Shown here one piece after another: positions 1-10,524 of a DNA stretch of 64,000 nt (positions are counted from its first letter, which is position 1; every line of letters begins with the position of its first letter). Origin of the DNA: Candidatus Pacearchaeota archaeon (GTDB lineage Archaea > Nanobdellota > Nanobdellia > Pacearchaeales > GW2011-AR1); the NCBI GenBank assembly GCA_026002795.1, contig BPGA01000001.1, forward strand, positions 27,470-91,469, read 5' to 3'. The translations under genes and the position numbers were made by a program. Under the pieces are notes generated by a model that saw only the letters and a program-made list of their open reading frames with translations, ran no database searches and was not told the origin of the DNA.

Positions 1-63
1 ATCTTTTATTTTCTTTTTCATTTTATAAACAAACTCTAATTTTCTTTAACAATCTTTATTTTT

Positions 64-1212
64 TTAATTTATTCTTTTTCCGTTTTCATAAACAAACATT
101 TTTCTTTTTGCTAACTCATTGAAAAAAAGTTTTTGAGGAACAACTGCCTCTGGAGCATAAACTCCTTTATCTTTTATTTGACCTTTTTTTATCATTTCTG
201 AAATTAAAGCAATTGTTCTCCCCGTATCAATATTGCTTCCTGCATCTTCCCATCCTTTTAATGTTCTTACAAGACAATTCATTTTTACTAATTTATCTTT
301 TCCATTTTTTGTTCCATAAATCTCAGCCCAAATATTTTCAACCTCACGATAATTTTTTGGCTGTTTTATTTTTTTAAGAACTTTGTTTGTAAAATCGACA
401 ATTTTAATTTTATTTCCCGAAACTTCTATTTCTTCTTCAGAGTTAAAACCAAGATCAATAAGTGTTTGTATAACTTTAAATGAATGTTCTGGAAAACCAG
501 CCATATAATGTATATTCTTAAGCCCTTTATTTCTAAAGTATTTAGAAAAAGTATAAACCTCTGAATGAACAATACAATAAACTTTTTGTTTTCCTATCTC
601 TTTAAAATTAACCTCTCCAACACATCTTGCTCTTTTTTCTCTTACAAATTTTCCGTTATGAAAAGTCACCGGGTCTTCTGTAAATTCGTGAAAAATGCTA
701 GGCATAGAATAAGGAATAACAAATTTTTTTATGTTAGAATTCCATGCAAAACCCAATTTTATTGTTTCTACACTATCTAATTTATCAACAGCATAAGCTG
801 TCATGACATTTACAATTCCTGGAGTTGAACCACAACCCGTTAAACACAAAATTTCTTTTTCCTGAAATTTTTTATGAAATTTAAATTGCTGTTCAGTTAT
901 TTTTTGCAAGCCCCCAAGATCTGTAACTGGTTTTTTTGTTTCTAAACACGCTTTCATTATCTGAACATTAAAAACTAATTCAGCACAATTGATAACAACA
1001 TCAGGATTTGATTTCTTTATTGCAGAAACAATTTCTTTATAGTTTGTTAAATCAACTTTCATAAAAGACGCGTTTTTATTTTTTAGAATATTAGAAATTG
1101 AACTTTTATCTCTTCCTACTAAAAGTATCTTATAATTATTTTCAAGTAAATCTCTTGCACAAATACTTCCTTGAAAACCAGTTCCTCCAAAAATTATAAA
1201 ATCATATTTCAT
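64..1212 (-). CDS. saccharopine dehydrogenase-like NAD(P)-binding oxidoreductase (paralog 1)
   Basis: 382-aa ORF with an N-terminal Rossmann glycine motif FGGTGFQG and a GCGSTPGI segment. It is colinear with and clearly paralogous to the adjacent 383-aa ORF. Confidence 0.65.
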   Translation of the reverse strand: MKYDFIIFGGTGFQGSICARDLLENNYKILLVGRDKSSISNILKNKNASFMKVDLTNYKEIVSAIKKSNPDVVINCAELVFNVQIMKACLETKKPVTDLGGLQKITEQQFKFHKKFQEKEILCLTGCGSTPGIVNVMTAYAVDKLDSVETIKLGFAWNSNIKKFVIPYSMPSIFHEFTEDPVTFHNGKFVREKRARCVGEVNFKEIGKQKVYCIVHSEVYTFSKYFRNKGLKNIHYMAGFPEHSFKVIQTLIDLGFNSEEEIEVSGNKIKIVDFTNKVLKKIKQPKNYREVENIWAEIYGTKNGKDKLVKMNCLVRTLKGWEDAGSNIDTGRTIALISEMIKKGQIKDKGVYAPEAVVPQKLFFNELAKRKMFVYENGKRIN

Positions 1213-1229
1213 TTTTACGGTTTATTAAG

Positions 1230-2381
1230 TTAGTTAACTCTCTTTTTATTTTTTAAAATGATTATTCCTCTTTTTTTCAACTCACTAAAAAATTCTTTTG
1301 GATTTATAATGCTTTCTGGAGCATAGACCCCTGATTTTTTTAAAAGTCCTTTATTTTCTGAAATCATCTGTGTGATGATCGAACAAGGAACTCCTGTGTT
1401 ATAGCTTCCGGCAGAAATGTTTCTTGTTGTTTTAGTTATAGCATCTAAAAATAAAGATCCTTTATTAAAAATTACTCTTAAAATTTCTTTGTCTTTTATT
1501 TTTGTTTTCTGGTTAACTATGAATTTTTCCATTAGATTTGAGGTCACATCGATAATTTTTAATTTTTGTCCACTTAAATTTAAATTTTCTTTTGAAGTAA
1601 AACCATTTTCAATCAAAATCTTAATTTTTTCTATGAAATCATCATCAAAAGTTACTCTAAATTCAATATCTTTTATTCCTTTATCTTTTAAAAAAGAAGG
1701 AAGAGTTGCTAGTTCTGAATGTAAAGTTAAAAAAGCTCTTTTTTTTCCAAATCCATCAATGTAATATATTTTTTCTCCAGACATCGGCTTTACAAATCTA
1801 ATTTTTCCTTTTTTTAAAACCGCTGGTTTAAGAGTAAATTCATCTACAAGAGTTTTAAAACTGTAAGGAAGAACAAATTTTTGTTCGTATTTTGTTTCGT
1901 CTTTATCTGCAAAAAAAATTTCAATTTCATTTATTTTTTTAAGTAATTTTGAGCCATAAGCAACTAAAACATTAGTTATTCCTGGAGAAGATCCACAACC
2001 TAGAATTGCTAGTTTTTTAATTTTTTTAAAATAACGATGAAGTTTAAGTTGTTTTTTTGTTAAATGATACAAACCTCCTAAGTCAACATAATTTGTTTTT
2101 GCTTTTAAGCAAGCTTTCATAATCTCAAAATTAAAATAATACTGAACACAATTAACAACAACATCAGAACCCTTTATTAAAGAAACAAGTTCTTTTTTAT
2201 TTTGAATGTTGGTTTTTTTTGCTTTAACTCTTGGAGAATTAAAAGAATTTGCATATTCTTCTGCTTTTTCTAGGTTTCTTCCTACCACAAAAATTTCACA
2301 ATTTTTATTGGTTTTGAATAAATCATAAACCACGATTTTTCCAATTATACCATAACCACCCAAAACAACAATTCTTTTCAT
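1230..2381 (-). CDS. saccharopine dehydrogenase-like NAD(P)-binding oxidoreductase (paralog 2)
   Basis: 383-aa ORF with VLGGYGIIG Rossmann motif and GCGSSPGITNV. It sits in tandem with paralog 1, 17 nt away. Confidence 0.65.
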   Translation of the reverse strand: MKRIVVLGGYGIIGKIVVYDLFKTNKNCEIFVVGRNLEKAEEYANSFNSPRVKAKKTNIQNKKELVSLIKGSDVVVNCVQYYFNFEIMKACLKAKTNYVDLGGLYHLTKKQLKLHRYFKKIKKLAILGCGSSPGITNVLVAYGSKLLKKINEIEIFFADKDETKYEQKFVLPYSFKTLVDEFTLKPAVLKKGKIRFVKPMSGEKIYYIDGFGKKRAFLTLHSELATLPSFLKDKGIKDIEFRVTFDDDFIEKIKILIENGFTSKENLNLSGQKLKIIDVTSNLMEKFIVNQKTKIKDKEILRVIFNKGSLFLDAITKTTRNISAGSYNTGVPCSIITQMISENKGLLKKSGVYAPESIINPKEFFSELKKRGIIILKNKKRVN

Positions 2382-2483
2382 TTTTTATAAGATTTTAATT
2401 TAAAAATTAATTAATATACTAACCTCTTTCTAAATCATGATAAATTTTACTTTTTTCAAATTTTAACTTTTTAACTTAATAAA

Positions 2484-2552
2484 TTAACACCTGCAAGGAG
2501 ATTTTCCGCAATCAGGGCATACTTTTGCTTTTTTTCTTTTTTTCTTTGCCAT
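2484..2552 (-). CDS. 22-aa basic Cys-rich micro-ORF (MAKKKRKKAKVCPDCGKSPCRC)
   Basis: Hand translation. Its ATG starts 1 nt after the TAA stop of the upstream aldehyde dehydrogenase (TAAAATG). It has CxxC plus CxC spacing, and its GC-richer codons stand out in the AT-rich spacer. It is too short for the ORF track. Confidence 0.3.
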   Translation of the reverse strand: MAKKKRKKAKVCPDCGKSPCRC

Positions 2553-2553
2553 T

Positions 2554-3999
2554 TTAATTGAATCCTACATAGATATGTTTAAGGTAAGTATAATCTTGAA
2601 GAGAATAAATTGAAAGATCTGAACCATAACCACTTTGTTTTATTCCTCCATGAGGCATTTCTGAAACAAGAGGAAGATGATCGTTAATCCAAACTTCACC
2701 AAACCTTAAAGAGTTTGCTACTAAAAAAGCTTTTTCTATGTTTTTTGTCCAGATGCTTGATGCTAAACCATAATCTACATCATTTGCTTTTTCAATTGCT
2801 TCTTCAGTTGTTTTGAATTTAGCGATAGCAATAATTGGACCGAAAACTTCTAATTTGCAAAGGTTTCCTTTTTGAGAAAAATTTTTGATGATTGTTATTG
2901 GAAAGAAATAGCCTTTTTTTGGAACTTTCGATTGCCAAACAATTTTCTCATCTTTTTCTAAATTTTTTAAAAACCAAGAGACTCTTTCGGTTTGATTTTT
3001 TGATATAAGCGGGCCTAAAACAGTAGAATCTTTTGAAGGATCACCTATAGAAATTTTTTCTGCATAGCTTTTTACCATACTTATAAATTTTTCATAAACT
3101 TTTTCTTGAACATAAATTCTAGAGGCTGCTGTGCAATCTTGACCAGAATTTATAATTGATGAGTCAACTGCATACTTTGCTGCTTTTTCAAGATCAGCAT
3201 CTTCAAAAACAATAAATGGTGCTTTTCCTCCTAATTCAAGATGAACTCTTTTTAAATTAGAGGAGGCGAGCCTCATAATTTCTTTTCCTGTTTCAGTGTT
3301 TCCAGTCAGAGAAATCATGTTTATTTCAGGATGAGAAGCAAGAATTCTACCAACATTTTCTCCTGAACCTAGAATAATATTAATAACTCCTGATGGAAAA
3401 CCTGCTTTTTCTGAAAACTCAGCTAGTTTTAATGCTGTTAGTGGAGTTAAAGAAGATGGTTTTAAGATTATTGTATTGCCAGCGGCAACTGCAGCAAGTT
3501 TCCAACATGCAATCATGAAAGGATAATTCCAAGGAACAATAGAAGCAACAACACCTACAGGCTCTCTTACAAGTATTGAGGTTCCTAAAGCTTTGTGTTT
3601 TTTTCTGAAGTGCTTGTCAATATATGTTCCAGGCATAACAACCTGAAAATTTCTAACAGCTGATGCAAAAAATTTTAAATTATCTATTGCAAATTCAAAA
3701 TCAAGTCTTGCAAGAGAAATTGGTTTTCCTTGATTTTTTGATTCTAGTCTTGATAATTCTTCTTTGTTATTTTCAATTAACTCAGCAAGTTTAAAAAAAA
3801 GTTCTGATCTTTCTTTTGGTGTTGTGTTTTTCCAATTTCTGAACGCATTTTTTGCTGCTTTAACAGCTTCATTAACATCTTTCTCATTTGAATCTACAAT
3901 TTTTGCGATTTCTTTTTCTGTATAAGGACTTATAACACTTATTGTTTTTGTAGAGAAAGAAATGTATTTACCATTGATATAGTTCTTAAATATTTGCAT
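2554..3999 (-). CDS. NAD(P)+-dependent aldehyde dehydrogenase
   Basis: 481 aa with the ALDH family hallmarks ELGGKAP (catalytic Glu region) and GQDCTAASR (catalytic Cys), plus the WNYPF motif. Confidence 0.9.
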   Translation of the reverse strand: MQIFKNYINGKYISFSTKTISVISPYTEKEIAKIVDSNEKDVNEAVKAAKNAFRNWKNTTPKERSELFFKLAELIENNKEELSRLESKNQGKPISLARLDFEFAIDNLKFFASAVRNFQVVMPGTYIDKHFRKKHKALGTSILVREPVGVVASIVPWNYPFMIACWKLAAVAAGNTIILKPSSLTPLTALKLAEFSEKAGFPSGVINIILGSGENVGRILASHPEINMISLTGNTETGKEIMRLASSNLKRVHLELGGKAPFIVFEDADLEKAAKYAVDSSIINSGQDCTAASRIYVQEKVYEKFISMVKSYAEKISIGDPSKDSTVLGPLISKNQTERVSWFLKNLEKDEKIVWQSKVPKKGYFFPITIIKNFSQKGNLCKLEVFGPIIAIAKFKTTEEAIEKANDVDYGLASSIWTKNIEKAFLVANSLRFGEVWINDHLPLVSEMPHGGIKQSGYGSDLSIYSLQDYTYLKHIYVGFN

Positions 4000-4011
4000 G
4001 TTTCCTCTTTT

Positions 4012-4242
4012 TTATTTTTTTAAGAGTTTTTTAAGTTCAGTTTCGTTGTAACCAACAATAATTTTTCCGTTGACGTCAATTACAGGAACTCCCATTTGAC
4101 CTGATTTCTTAAACATTTCTTGAAGAGCTTTTTTGTTAGAGCTTACATCAATATCTTTATACTTTATTTTATTTTTTTTAAAAAATTCTCGTGTTTTTGC
4201 GCACCATGGGCAGGTTGGAGTTGAATAAAGATTTATTGCCAT
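4012..4242 (-). CDS. glutaredoxin-like small redox protein
   Basis: 76 aa with a CPWC active site near the N-terminus and a GVPVI motif, consistent with the thioredoxin-fold glutaredoxin/NrdH-like family. Confidence 0.8.
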   Translation of the reverse strand: MAINLYSTPTCPWCAKTREFFKKNKIKYKDIDVSSNKKALQEMFKKSGQMGVPVIDVNGKIIVGYNETELKKLLKK

Positions 4243-4339
4243 TTTTTTAAAAAGGAAAACAAATTTATAAATTATTCGTTAACGTTGTTAAGGTTAACTT
4301 TATATAAGCTTTTTTCTTTTTTGAATAAAAGAGGAAAAA

Positions 4340-5191
4340 ATGGCTTTTTACTTACCAATTTTAGGTGCCGGCGCTTTAGCAGCTGGAACAATTCTTGAAA
4401 GAGCTGTTTTAGTAAAAAGGAAAATCGATATTAAAACTTATCAAATTGTATCTTTTTTAGCAATAGTCTTATCAATGTTTCCTTTGTTATTGTTTTTCTG
4501 GAAAGTCGATGCTGAAGCTTTTGAAATTAAGAATTTTCTAATTTTGTTTTTTGTCGTGTTTTTTTCTATAATTGCAAATATCCTAGTTTTTTATTCTATG
4601 AAATGGGAAAAAATAGTTAATTTAGAACCTGCACGTGTTATGGAACCATTATTTGTGATTTTACTAGCTTTGTTATTTAGTTTTTTTTATGGAGAACTTT
4701 ATGAGAGAAATGCTAGAGTCGTTATTCCTGCATTTGTTGCCTCTTTTGCTTTAATCTTTTCGCATATTAAAAGGCATCATTTAACATTTAACAAATATTT
4801 CATTGCAGCAATTTTAGGTAGTTTCTTTTTTGCTTTAGAACTTGTAATATCAAGGCTTATTCTTAATTTTTACTCACCATTAAGCTTTTATTTTTTAAGA
4901 AGTTCTGCAATTTTTTTATTAAGTTTTTTAATATTTAGGCCAAAATTTAAAGAAATAAACAAAAAAACAGGTTTTTTAATTTTTTTAACAGGTGTTATTT
5001 GGGTTTTATATAGAGTAATAGTTTATTATGGTTACCTAAAAATAGGTGTAATATTTACAACGTTATTATTAATGCTTGGTCCTGTTTTTATTTACACTTT
5101 TGCTCATTTTTTTCTTAAAGAGAAAATGTCTTGGAAGAATTTCTTAGCATCAATGGTTATTGTTGGTTCTGTAATTTACGCTTTAATGTGA
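4340..5191 (+). CDS. EamA/DMT-type integral membrane transporter
   Basis: 283 aa and almost entirely hydrophobic, with roughly 9-10 predicted helices in two halves. A TATA-like tttatata lies about 35 nt upstream. Confidence 0.5.
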   Translation: MAFYLPILGAGALAAGTILERAVLVKRKIDIKTYQIVSFLAIVLSMFPLLLFFWKVDAEAFEIKNFLILFFVVFFSIIANILVFYSMKWEKIVNLEPARVMEPLFVILLALLFSFFYGELYERNARVVIPAFVASFALIFSHIKRHHLTFNKYFIAAILGSFFFALELVISRLILNFYSPLSFYFLRSSAIFLLSFLIFRPKFKEINKKTGFLIFLTGVIWVLYRVIVYYGYLKIGVIFTTLLLMLGPVFIYTFAHFFLKEKMSWKNFLASMVIVGSVIYALM

Positions 5192-6027
5192 TTTTTTAAG
5201 AAATTATTTGAATTGAACAAATCAATGAATAAAGGTTCTTCAGAACCAGTAGAATCCTCAAAAGTGTAAATGCTAATTCTTCCTATAAGAGGTAATTGGT
5301 TTTCATTTAAAAGATAAATAAGAGTGTTTGAAGTTATTCTTTTTATGTCAGAATCTCTAGTTAAAATTCCAACATTTTTTCTTTTAAAAAGGCAATAATA
5401 AAGTGCAAGAGCAACTATTTTTTCATCAGTGTAAAGCTCTTCTTTTTCTTTTTTTGGTTTTATTCTTTTTACAGGGTAAAATTCTGCATAAGAAACTTTT
5501 GAATGGGTTAATTCTGATATTTCAATAACTCTTTTTTCTAGAGAAGCATAATCTTCATTTTGTTTTAAGCTAACAATAGATCTTTTTGCTTCTTTACAAC
5601 ACTCATTTAATAGTTCTAAAATTTCTTCAAAAAATATTTCTCTTTCACTTTTTTTGTGGTACTTTACTTTTCTTTTATGATCTCTTTTCCTTAGATATCT
5701 TATTTTTTCAGAAAGAATCTCTCTTGTTTTTAACATTTCTTCATAAACTTCTCTAACTGTTATTGTTTTTTGATTTTGAAGGAATCCAAGATAAAATTCT
5801 AAAAAATTTATACCTTCAATCATTAAATTTTTATTTAATTCATGAAAAGAGTTCACAAAAAATAATCTTTGTTCATAATCTTGTAAGAAACCAGAAATAA
5901 AAGAAGAAGTATCAAAAATTATTAAATCGTTTTCGTTAATAATGTCCTCTAAAAATTTTTTTTCTGAAACAGACTTTAAGTTATAAATTGTCATAATCTT
6001 CTGATTTTTTAAAAGAAGATTTTTCAC
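5176..6027 (-). CDS. hypothetical protein, possible PIN-like nuclease with a long helical insert
   Basis: 283 aa with acidic motifs spaced like a PIN domain: IIFDTSSF, TDEKIVALA and ILTRDSDI. The 5' end overlaps the thermosome 3' end, so the true start may be an internal Met. Confidence 0.3.
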   Translation of the reverse strand: MKNLLLKNQKIMTIYNLKSVSEKKFLEDIINENDLIIFDTSSFISGFLQDYEQRLFFVNSFHELNKNLMIEGINFLEFYLGFLQNQKTITVREVYEEMLKTREILSEKIRYLRKRDHKRKVKYHKKSEREIFFEEILELLNECCKEAKRSIVSLKQNEDYASLEKRVIEISELTHSKVSYAEFYPVKRIKPKKEKEELYTDEKIVALALYYCLFKRKNVGILTRDSDIKRITSNTLIYLLNENQLPLIGRISIYTFEDSTGSEEPLFIDLFNSNNFLKNHIKA

Positions 6028-7588
6028 TTTTTCCTGTTGAAGAAATTATATCATCTATCCTCAAAATCATTATTGCGACTTCAGTGGCAGAATTTATTGC
6101 TTGAGTTTTTATTTTTAAAGGCTCTATAATCCCCTGATCAAAAACATTTTCTATTTTGTTTGTAAACAAATTTAAACCAACATTTTTTTCTCCAGCATCG
6201 TGTCTAGATTTTAGTTCTGTTACTGAATCAATTGGATCTAAACCAGCATTTTCGGCAAGTGTTGTTGGTATAAATTCTAAAGCAGAAGCAAACTCCTCTA
6301 CAGCAAGTTGCTCTCTTCCTGAAAGTTCTTGAGAAAAATCTCTTAATCTTTTTGATAATTCTATTTCAGTTGCTCCACCTCCAGGAACAACAAGACCTGA
6401 TTCAATTACAGAAGCTACATCACCTAAGCCATCTTTTATTGCTCTTTCTATTTCATCAATAACGTGTTCGCTACCTCCATGAATTAAAATAGTAAGTGCT
6501 TTAGGATTTTTACAGCCAGTTATGTAAGTAAGAGTTTCATCTCCTCTTTTTATCTCTTCAACAAGATCAGCATTACCAAGTTCAAAAGGAGTTAATTCAT
6601 TAACATTACTTACAATTTTTGCTCCAGTTGCTTTAGAAATTTTTTCCATATCACTTCTTGAAACGCGTCTACAAGCATAAATTCTATCTTTAGCAAGAAG
6701 GTACTGTGCAAAATCATCTATTCCTTTTTGACAGAATACAACGTTTGCGCCAGAAATTTTTATTTTTTCTACTATTTCTTTTATTGTTCTTTCTTCCAAT
6801 AACATAAACTCTTGAAGTTGCTCAGGACTAGTAATTGAGATTTTTGTATCAATCTCAAGATTTTTTATTTCAATAGGAAAATCAATTAAAGCTATTTTTG
6901 CATTTTTTACTTGTCTAGGCATATCATAAGAAATTCTTTCTTTATCAATTACTATCCCAGAAATTAGTTCTGTGTCTTCTATGCTGCCTCCTTTAGATTT
7001 TTGTATTTTTATATCATCAAGATCAACTTTTCCTTGATTTACAACCTGCTTTAATGCAGAAACAATAATCTCAGCTAATTTTTCTTTTATTCCCTCAGCT
7101 CCTTTTCCAGTCATTGCTGTCATAGCTATGTTTTTAAGAACATCTTCATCATCTTTTGTTATCTTTAATGCTATCTCTTTAAGAATTTCTTGTGCTTTTT
7201 CAGAAGCTATTTTATATCCTTTTGCAATTATTGTAGGATGTATTTTTTGATCTAAAAGTTTTTCTGCATTCTCAAGAAGTTTTCCAGCTAGCATAACCGC
7301 TGTAGTAGTTCCATCTCCAACCTCACTTTCTTGTGTTTTTGCAATTTCAACCATCATTTTTGCTGCGGGATGATCTATTTGCATTTCTTCAAGTATCGTT
7401 ACGCCATCATTAGTAATAACAATATCACCAGAAGGAGAGACAAGCATCTTATCCATACCTTTTGGTCCTAATGTTGTTTTTACAATATCAGATACCATTC
7501 TTGCAGCAAGAATATTATTTCTCTGAGCGTCTTTTCCTAAAATTCTTTGTACATCTTCAGGCATTAAAATTATTGGTTTTTCTACCAT
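5981..7588 (-). CDS. ths: thermosome subunit (group II chaperonin)
   Basis: 535 aa with the motifs [23 protein letters not shown] and VPGGGATE, diagnostic of group II chaperonins. Confidence 0.97.
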   Translation of the reverse strand: MVEKPIILMPEDVQRILGKDAQRNNILAARMVSDIVKTTLGPKGMDKMLVSPSGDIVITNDGVTILEEMQIDHPAAKMMVEIAKTQESEVGDGTTTAVMLAGKLLENAEKLLDQKIHPTIIAKGYKIASEKAQEILKEIALKITKDDEDVLKNIAMTAMTGKGAEGIKEKLAEIIVSALKQVVNQGKVDLDDIKIQKSKGGSIEDTELISGIVIDKERISYDMPRQVKNAKIALIDFPIEIKNLEIDTKISITSPEQLQEFMLLEERTIKEIVEKIKISGANVVFCQKGIDDFAQYLLAKDRIYACRRVSRSDMEKISKATGAKIVSNVNELTPFELGNADLVEEIKRGDETLTYITGCKNPKALTILIHGGSEHVIDEIERAIKDGLGDVASVIESGLVVPGGGATEIELSKRLRDFSQELSGREQLAVEEFASALEFIPTTLAENAGLDPIDSVTELKSRHDAGEKNVGLNLFTNKIENVFDQGIIEPLKIKTQAINSATEVAIMILRIDDIISSTGKSEKSSFKKSEDYDNL

Positions 7589-7711
7589 TTTATCTACAAA
7601 ATTTTAATTAGTGTCCTATTTAAAAATATTGCTGTTTTCTTTGTAAAAATTTTTTAGTTGTAACTATATAAATTCACAATATTTATAAGTAATTTAAATC
7701 TTTAAAAATAT

Positions 7712-8269
7712 ATGAAAAAGATTTTGGTTTCTGATGTAATGACAAGGAATCCTATTACAATCTCTCCTAAAACTAGCTTGCTTGAATGTGCAAAGATAAT
7801 GGTAAGAAAAAGAGTCGGAAGTTTAATAATTAAGGAAAATAAAAAACTTTTAGGGATTATAAGTGAGAAAGATATATTATGGGCATTAGTTAAAAAAAGA
7901 AATCCAAGTGTTTTAAAGACAGAAGCAATAAAACTCTCACCTAAAAAAATAATAACAATAAATCCAAATGCAACAATAGAAGAAGCAATAAAAAAAATGA
8001 ATAAGCAGAAATTTGATAGATTGCCTGTTGTTATAAATGGTAATGAACTTTTAGGAATTGTTACAATAAAAGACATTTTAGCATTTCATCCTGAATACTA
8101 CCCAGAACTTGATGAGTATGCAAAAATAAGAGAAGAGCAAGAAAAACTAAAAAGAATTAAGAGTAATGTTAGGGTTTTTGAGGGAATATGTGAAGAGTGT
8201 GGAAATTGGAGTCAGTTATCCCGTGTTAATGGAATGCTTGTTTGTGAGGGTTGTAATGAAAAAATTTAG
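7712..8269 (+). CDS. CBS-pair domain protein with C-terminal zinc ribbon
   Basis: 185 aa with two CBS repeats (VSDVMTRNPITI..., PKKIITINPNATIEEA...) and a C-terminal CEECG...CEGC motif. Confidence 0.8.
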   Translation: MKKILVSDVMTRNPITISPKTSLLECAKIMVRKRVGSLIIKENKKLLGIISEKDILWALVKKRNPSVLKTEAIKLSPKKIITINPNATIEEAIKKMNKQKFDRLPVVINGNELLGIVTIKDILAFHPEYYPELDEYAKIREEQEKLKRIKSNVRVFEGICEECGNWSQLSRVNGMLVCEGCNEKI

Positions 8270-8364
8270 GTGATATAAAAAATAAAAATAATTTTAAGGT
8301 TTTTAAAGATTTTAGATAAATATTTAAATTATTTTTCCCTTTTTCTTAAAAAGAGGTAATTTAA

Positions 8365-8871
8365 ATGGCAGAAAAAGAAGAGGTATATTCAAGTAAGATA
8401 AGCTATAATGGAATATTCTCTTTTAAAGACTTATATAAGTTTTGTCATGATTGGCTTGTTGAAGAAACAGGAGTTAGTCTTTCTGAGGACAAGTATTCTG
8501 AAAAAATTAAAGGAGACTCAAAAGACATTACTGTAGAGTGGAAGGGAACGAAGGAGATGACTGATTATTTTAAGATGGAAATTAAGGTTTCTTTTAAAGT
8601 TTCTGATTTAAAAAACGTAGAAGTAATGCAAGGAAATGTAAAAATTTCAACAAATAAAGGATCTGTTGAGATTTCAGTTAAAGGAACTTTAGTTAGAGAT
8701 TATGAAGATAAGTTTGAGGGTAGTGGCTTTAAAAAGTTTTTAAGAGAAACTTATGAAAAATATATAATTCATGATAGAGTTTTGCAATATAAAGAAAAAG
8801 TTGCTTCATCTTGTGACGAATTTTTGAGCCAGACTAAAGCGTATCTAGACTTGGAAGCAAAAAAGAAATGA
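8365..8871 (+). CDS. hypothetical protein
   Basis: 168-aa ORF with an aagaggt SD-like sequence upstream. No family recognised. Confidence 0.4.
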   Translation: MAEKEEVYSSKISYNGIFSFKDLYKFCHDWLVEETGVSLSEDKYSEKIKGDSKDITVEWKGTKEMTDYFKMEIKVSFKVSDLKNVEVMQGNVKISTNKGSVEISVKGTLVRDYEDKFEGSGFKKFLRETYEKYIIHDRVLQYKEKVASSCDEFLSQTKAYLDLEAKKK

Positions 8872-9005
8872 TTGTTTAAGAAATAAGATACCTTTTTTAC
8901 TTAACTTGTTCTTTAGTTTTTGAATTTAATAAAACATGTAAGCTATTAATAAGAATTAAGTTTTAAAACCGAAATCCTTAAATATAAACTCTTCATCTAG
9001 TTAAC

Positions 9006-10392
9006 ATGAAAAGAGGAATTATTTTCTTGTCTTTGGTTTTTTTAGTATTGTTGGTAAATTTTGCTTCTGCTATAAACCTAAAAATTGAGAAAAAAAGCTC
9101 TGGAGAAATTTTAATTGCTGACGTAAATAATCCAGTTGTTTTTGAATTAAGCGTGACTAATCTAGGCCCAAGCGATAATTTTATTTTTTATAACCTAGTT
9201 GGCTTTAGGAATTTTCCAGAAGAGCCTGTTTTTATTTCTCAAGCTGAAACTAAAAATATAACTTTAGAAATTCTTCCTTTAAGACAACTTTTAGAAAGGG
9301 GTTACTACACAATAACAATTTACGTAAAATCCCAAAAAGACAATTCTGTAATTAGAGAAGATTTAACATTTAAAATTATTGATTTAAAAGATGCTTTTGA
9401 AGTTGGCGCAACAGATATAAGCCCAAGCTCAACAGAAACATTGTTTTTTATTAAAAATCGAGGAGAATTATAATTTTGAGAATTTAGAGTTAAAGGTTAG
9501 TTCTCCTTTTTTTAGCTTTGAGAGAAAAATCAGCCTTTCTCCAAGAGAAATTAAAAATATAAGTATAAAACTAGATAAAAATCAATTTAGAAGTTTAACA
9601 TCAGGATTTTATACTATAAAAACAGAAATATCTTATTTAGGAAAAACAACAGAGGTAACTGGTGTTGTTAATTTCGTTGAAAAAGGAATTGTTACAACAA
9701 CTAGGAAAGATTTTGGGTTTTTTGTTAATACAAATGTTATAACTAAAAGTAATGAAGGAAATAAGATAGAACATGCTGATACTGTAATAAAGAAAAATAT
9801 AATTTCAAGACTTTTTACGAGCTTTTCTCCTACTCCAGATTTTGTTGAGAGAAAAGGAACAGCTGTTTACTATACATGGGTAAAAGAATTAAAACCGGGT
9901 GAAAAATTTGAAATTGTTGTAAAAACAAACTGGTTTTTACCATTTATTTTGGTTTTATTTTTGGTTTTGGTTGTTGTTTTAGTTGTTGATTATACAAGAG
10001 GTGATATAATCTTAAGAAAAAATGTTCAGTTTGTAAGAGCTAAAGGCGGTGAGTTTGCTTTAAAAGTTAATTTAACAGTACATGCAAGAAGATTTGTTGA
10101 AAGAGTTAATATTATAGATAGAATTCCTGCTTTAGTAAAACTTTATGATAAATTTAGTGGAGAAGCTCCTAAAAAAGTTGATGAAAAAACAAGAAAAATA
10201 GAGTGGAATTTTGAGAGGTTAATGCCTGGAGAGGTAAGAGTTTTGTCTTATATTATTTACTCAAAAATTGGTGTCACAGGGAAATTTGCTTTGCCTACTG
10301 CAACTGCAATTTATGAAAGAGAGGGCAACATAAAAGAAGAAGAATCAAATAGGGCTTTCTTTATTGCTGAGCAAAGAAAAATTGAAGAATAA
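9006..10392 (+). pseudogene. secreted or membrane-anchored surface protein split by a +1 frame change near 9465-9475
   Basis: The first ORF (signal peptide MKRGIIFLSLVFLVLLVNFASA) stops at 9471-9473. The +1 frame is open from there (NFENLELKVSSPFF...) and runs without a start codon into the 9949-10392 ORF, which contains a TM segment. Together they read as one gene of about 460 aa. Confidence 0.55.
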
Positions 10393-10524
10393 ACTGATTA
10401 GTAAAGAAAAGTTATCAAAATGATTTTCATAAATTTTTGTAATGTTTAGAGTTGTTGGTTTTTATATAAACAGTAGTTGGCAAAGTTGATGACACCGTCA
10501 ACTAGATTTGAGGGTTATAGATGT

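Noticed and set aside
7702-8076. 124-aa minus-strand ORF
   Set aside because: It is antisense to the well-supported CBS-domain gene and has a low-complexity hydrophobic translation typical of AT-rich antisense frames. The same reasoning applies to 565-780, 1417-1764, 10670-10897, 11642-12247, 25851-26111, 34369-34734, 39237-39620, 40177-40362, 44797-45024, 48974-49213, 49613-49948 and 49836-50054.
10470-10500. Small hairpin AGTTGA-8 nt-TCAACT considered as an island att site or terminator
   Set aside because: It has only a 6-bp stem and no matching repeat near tRNA-Tyr. It cannot be distinguished from chance in AT-rich DNA.
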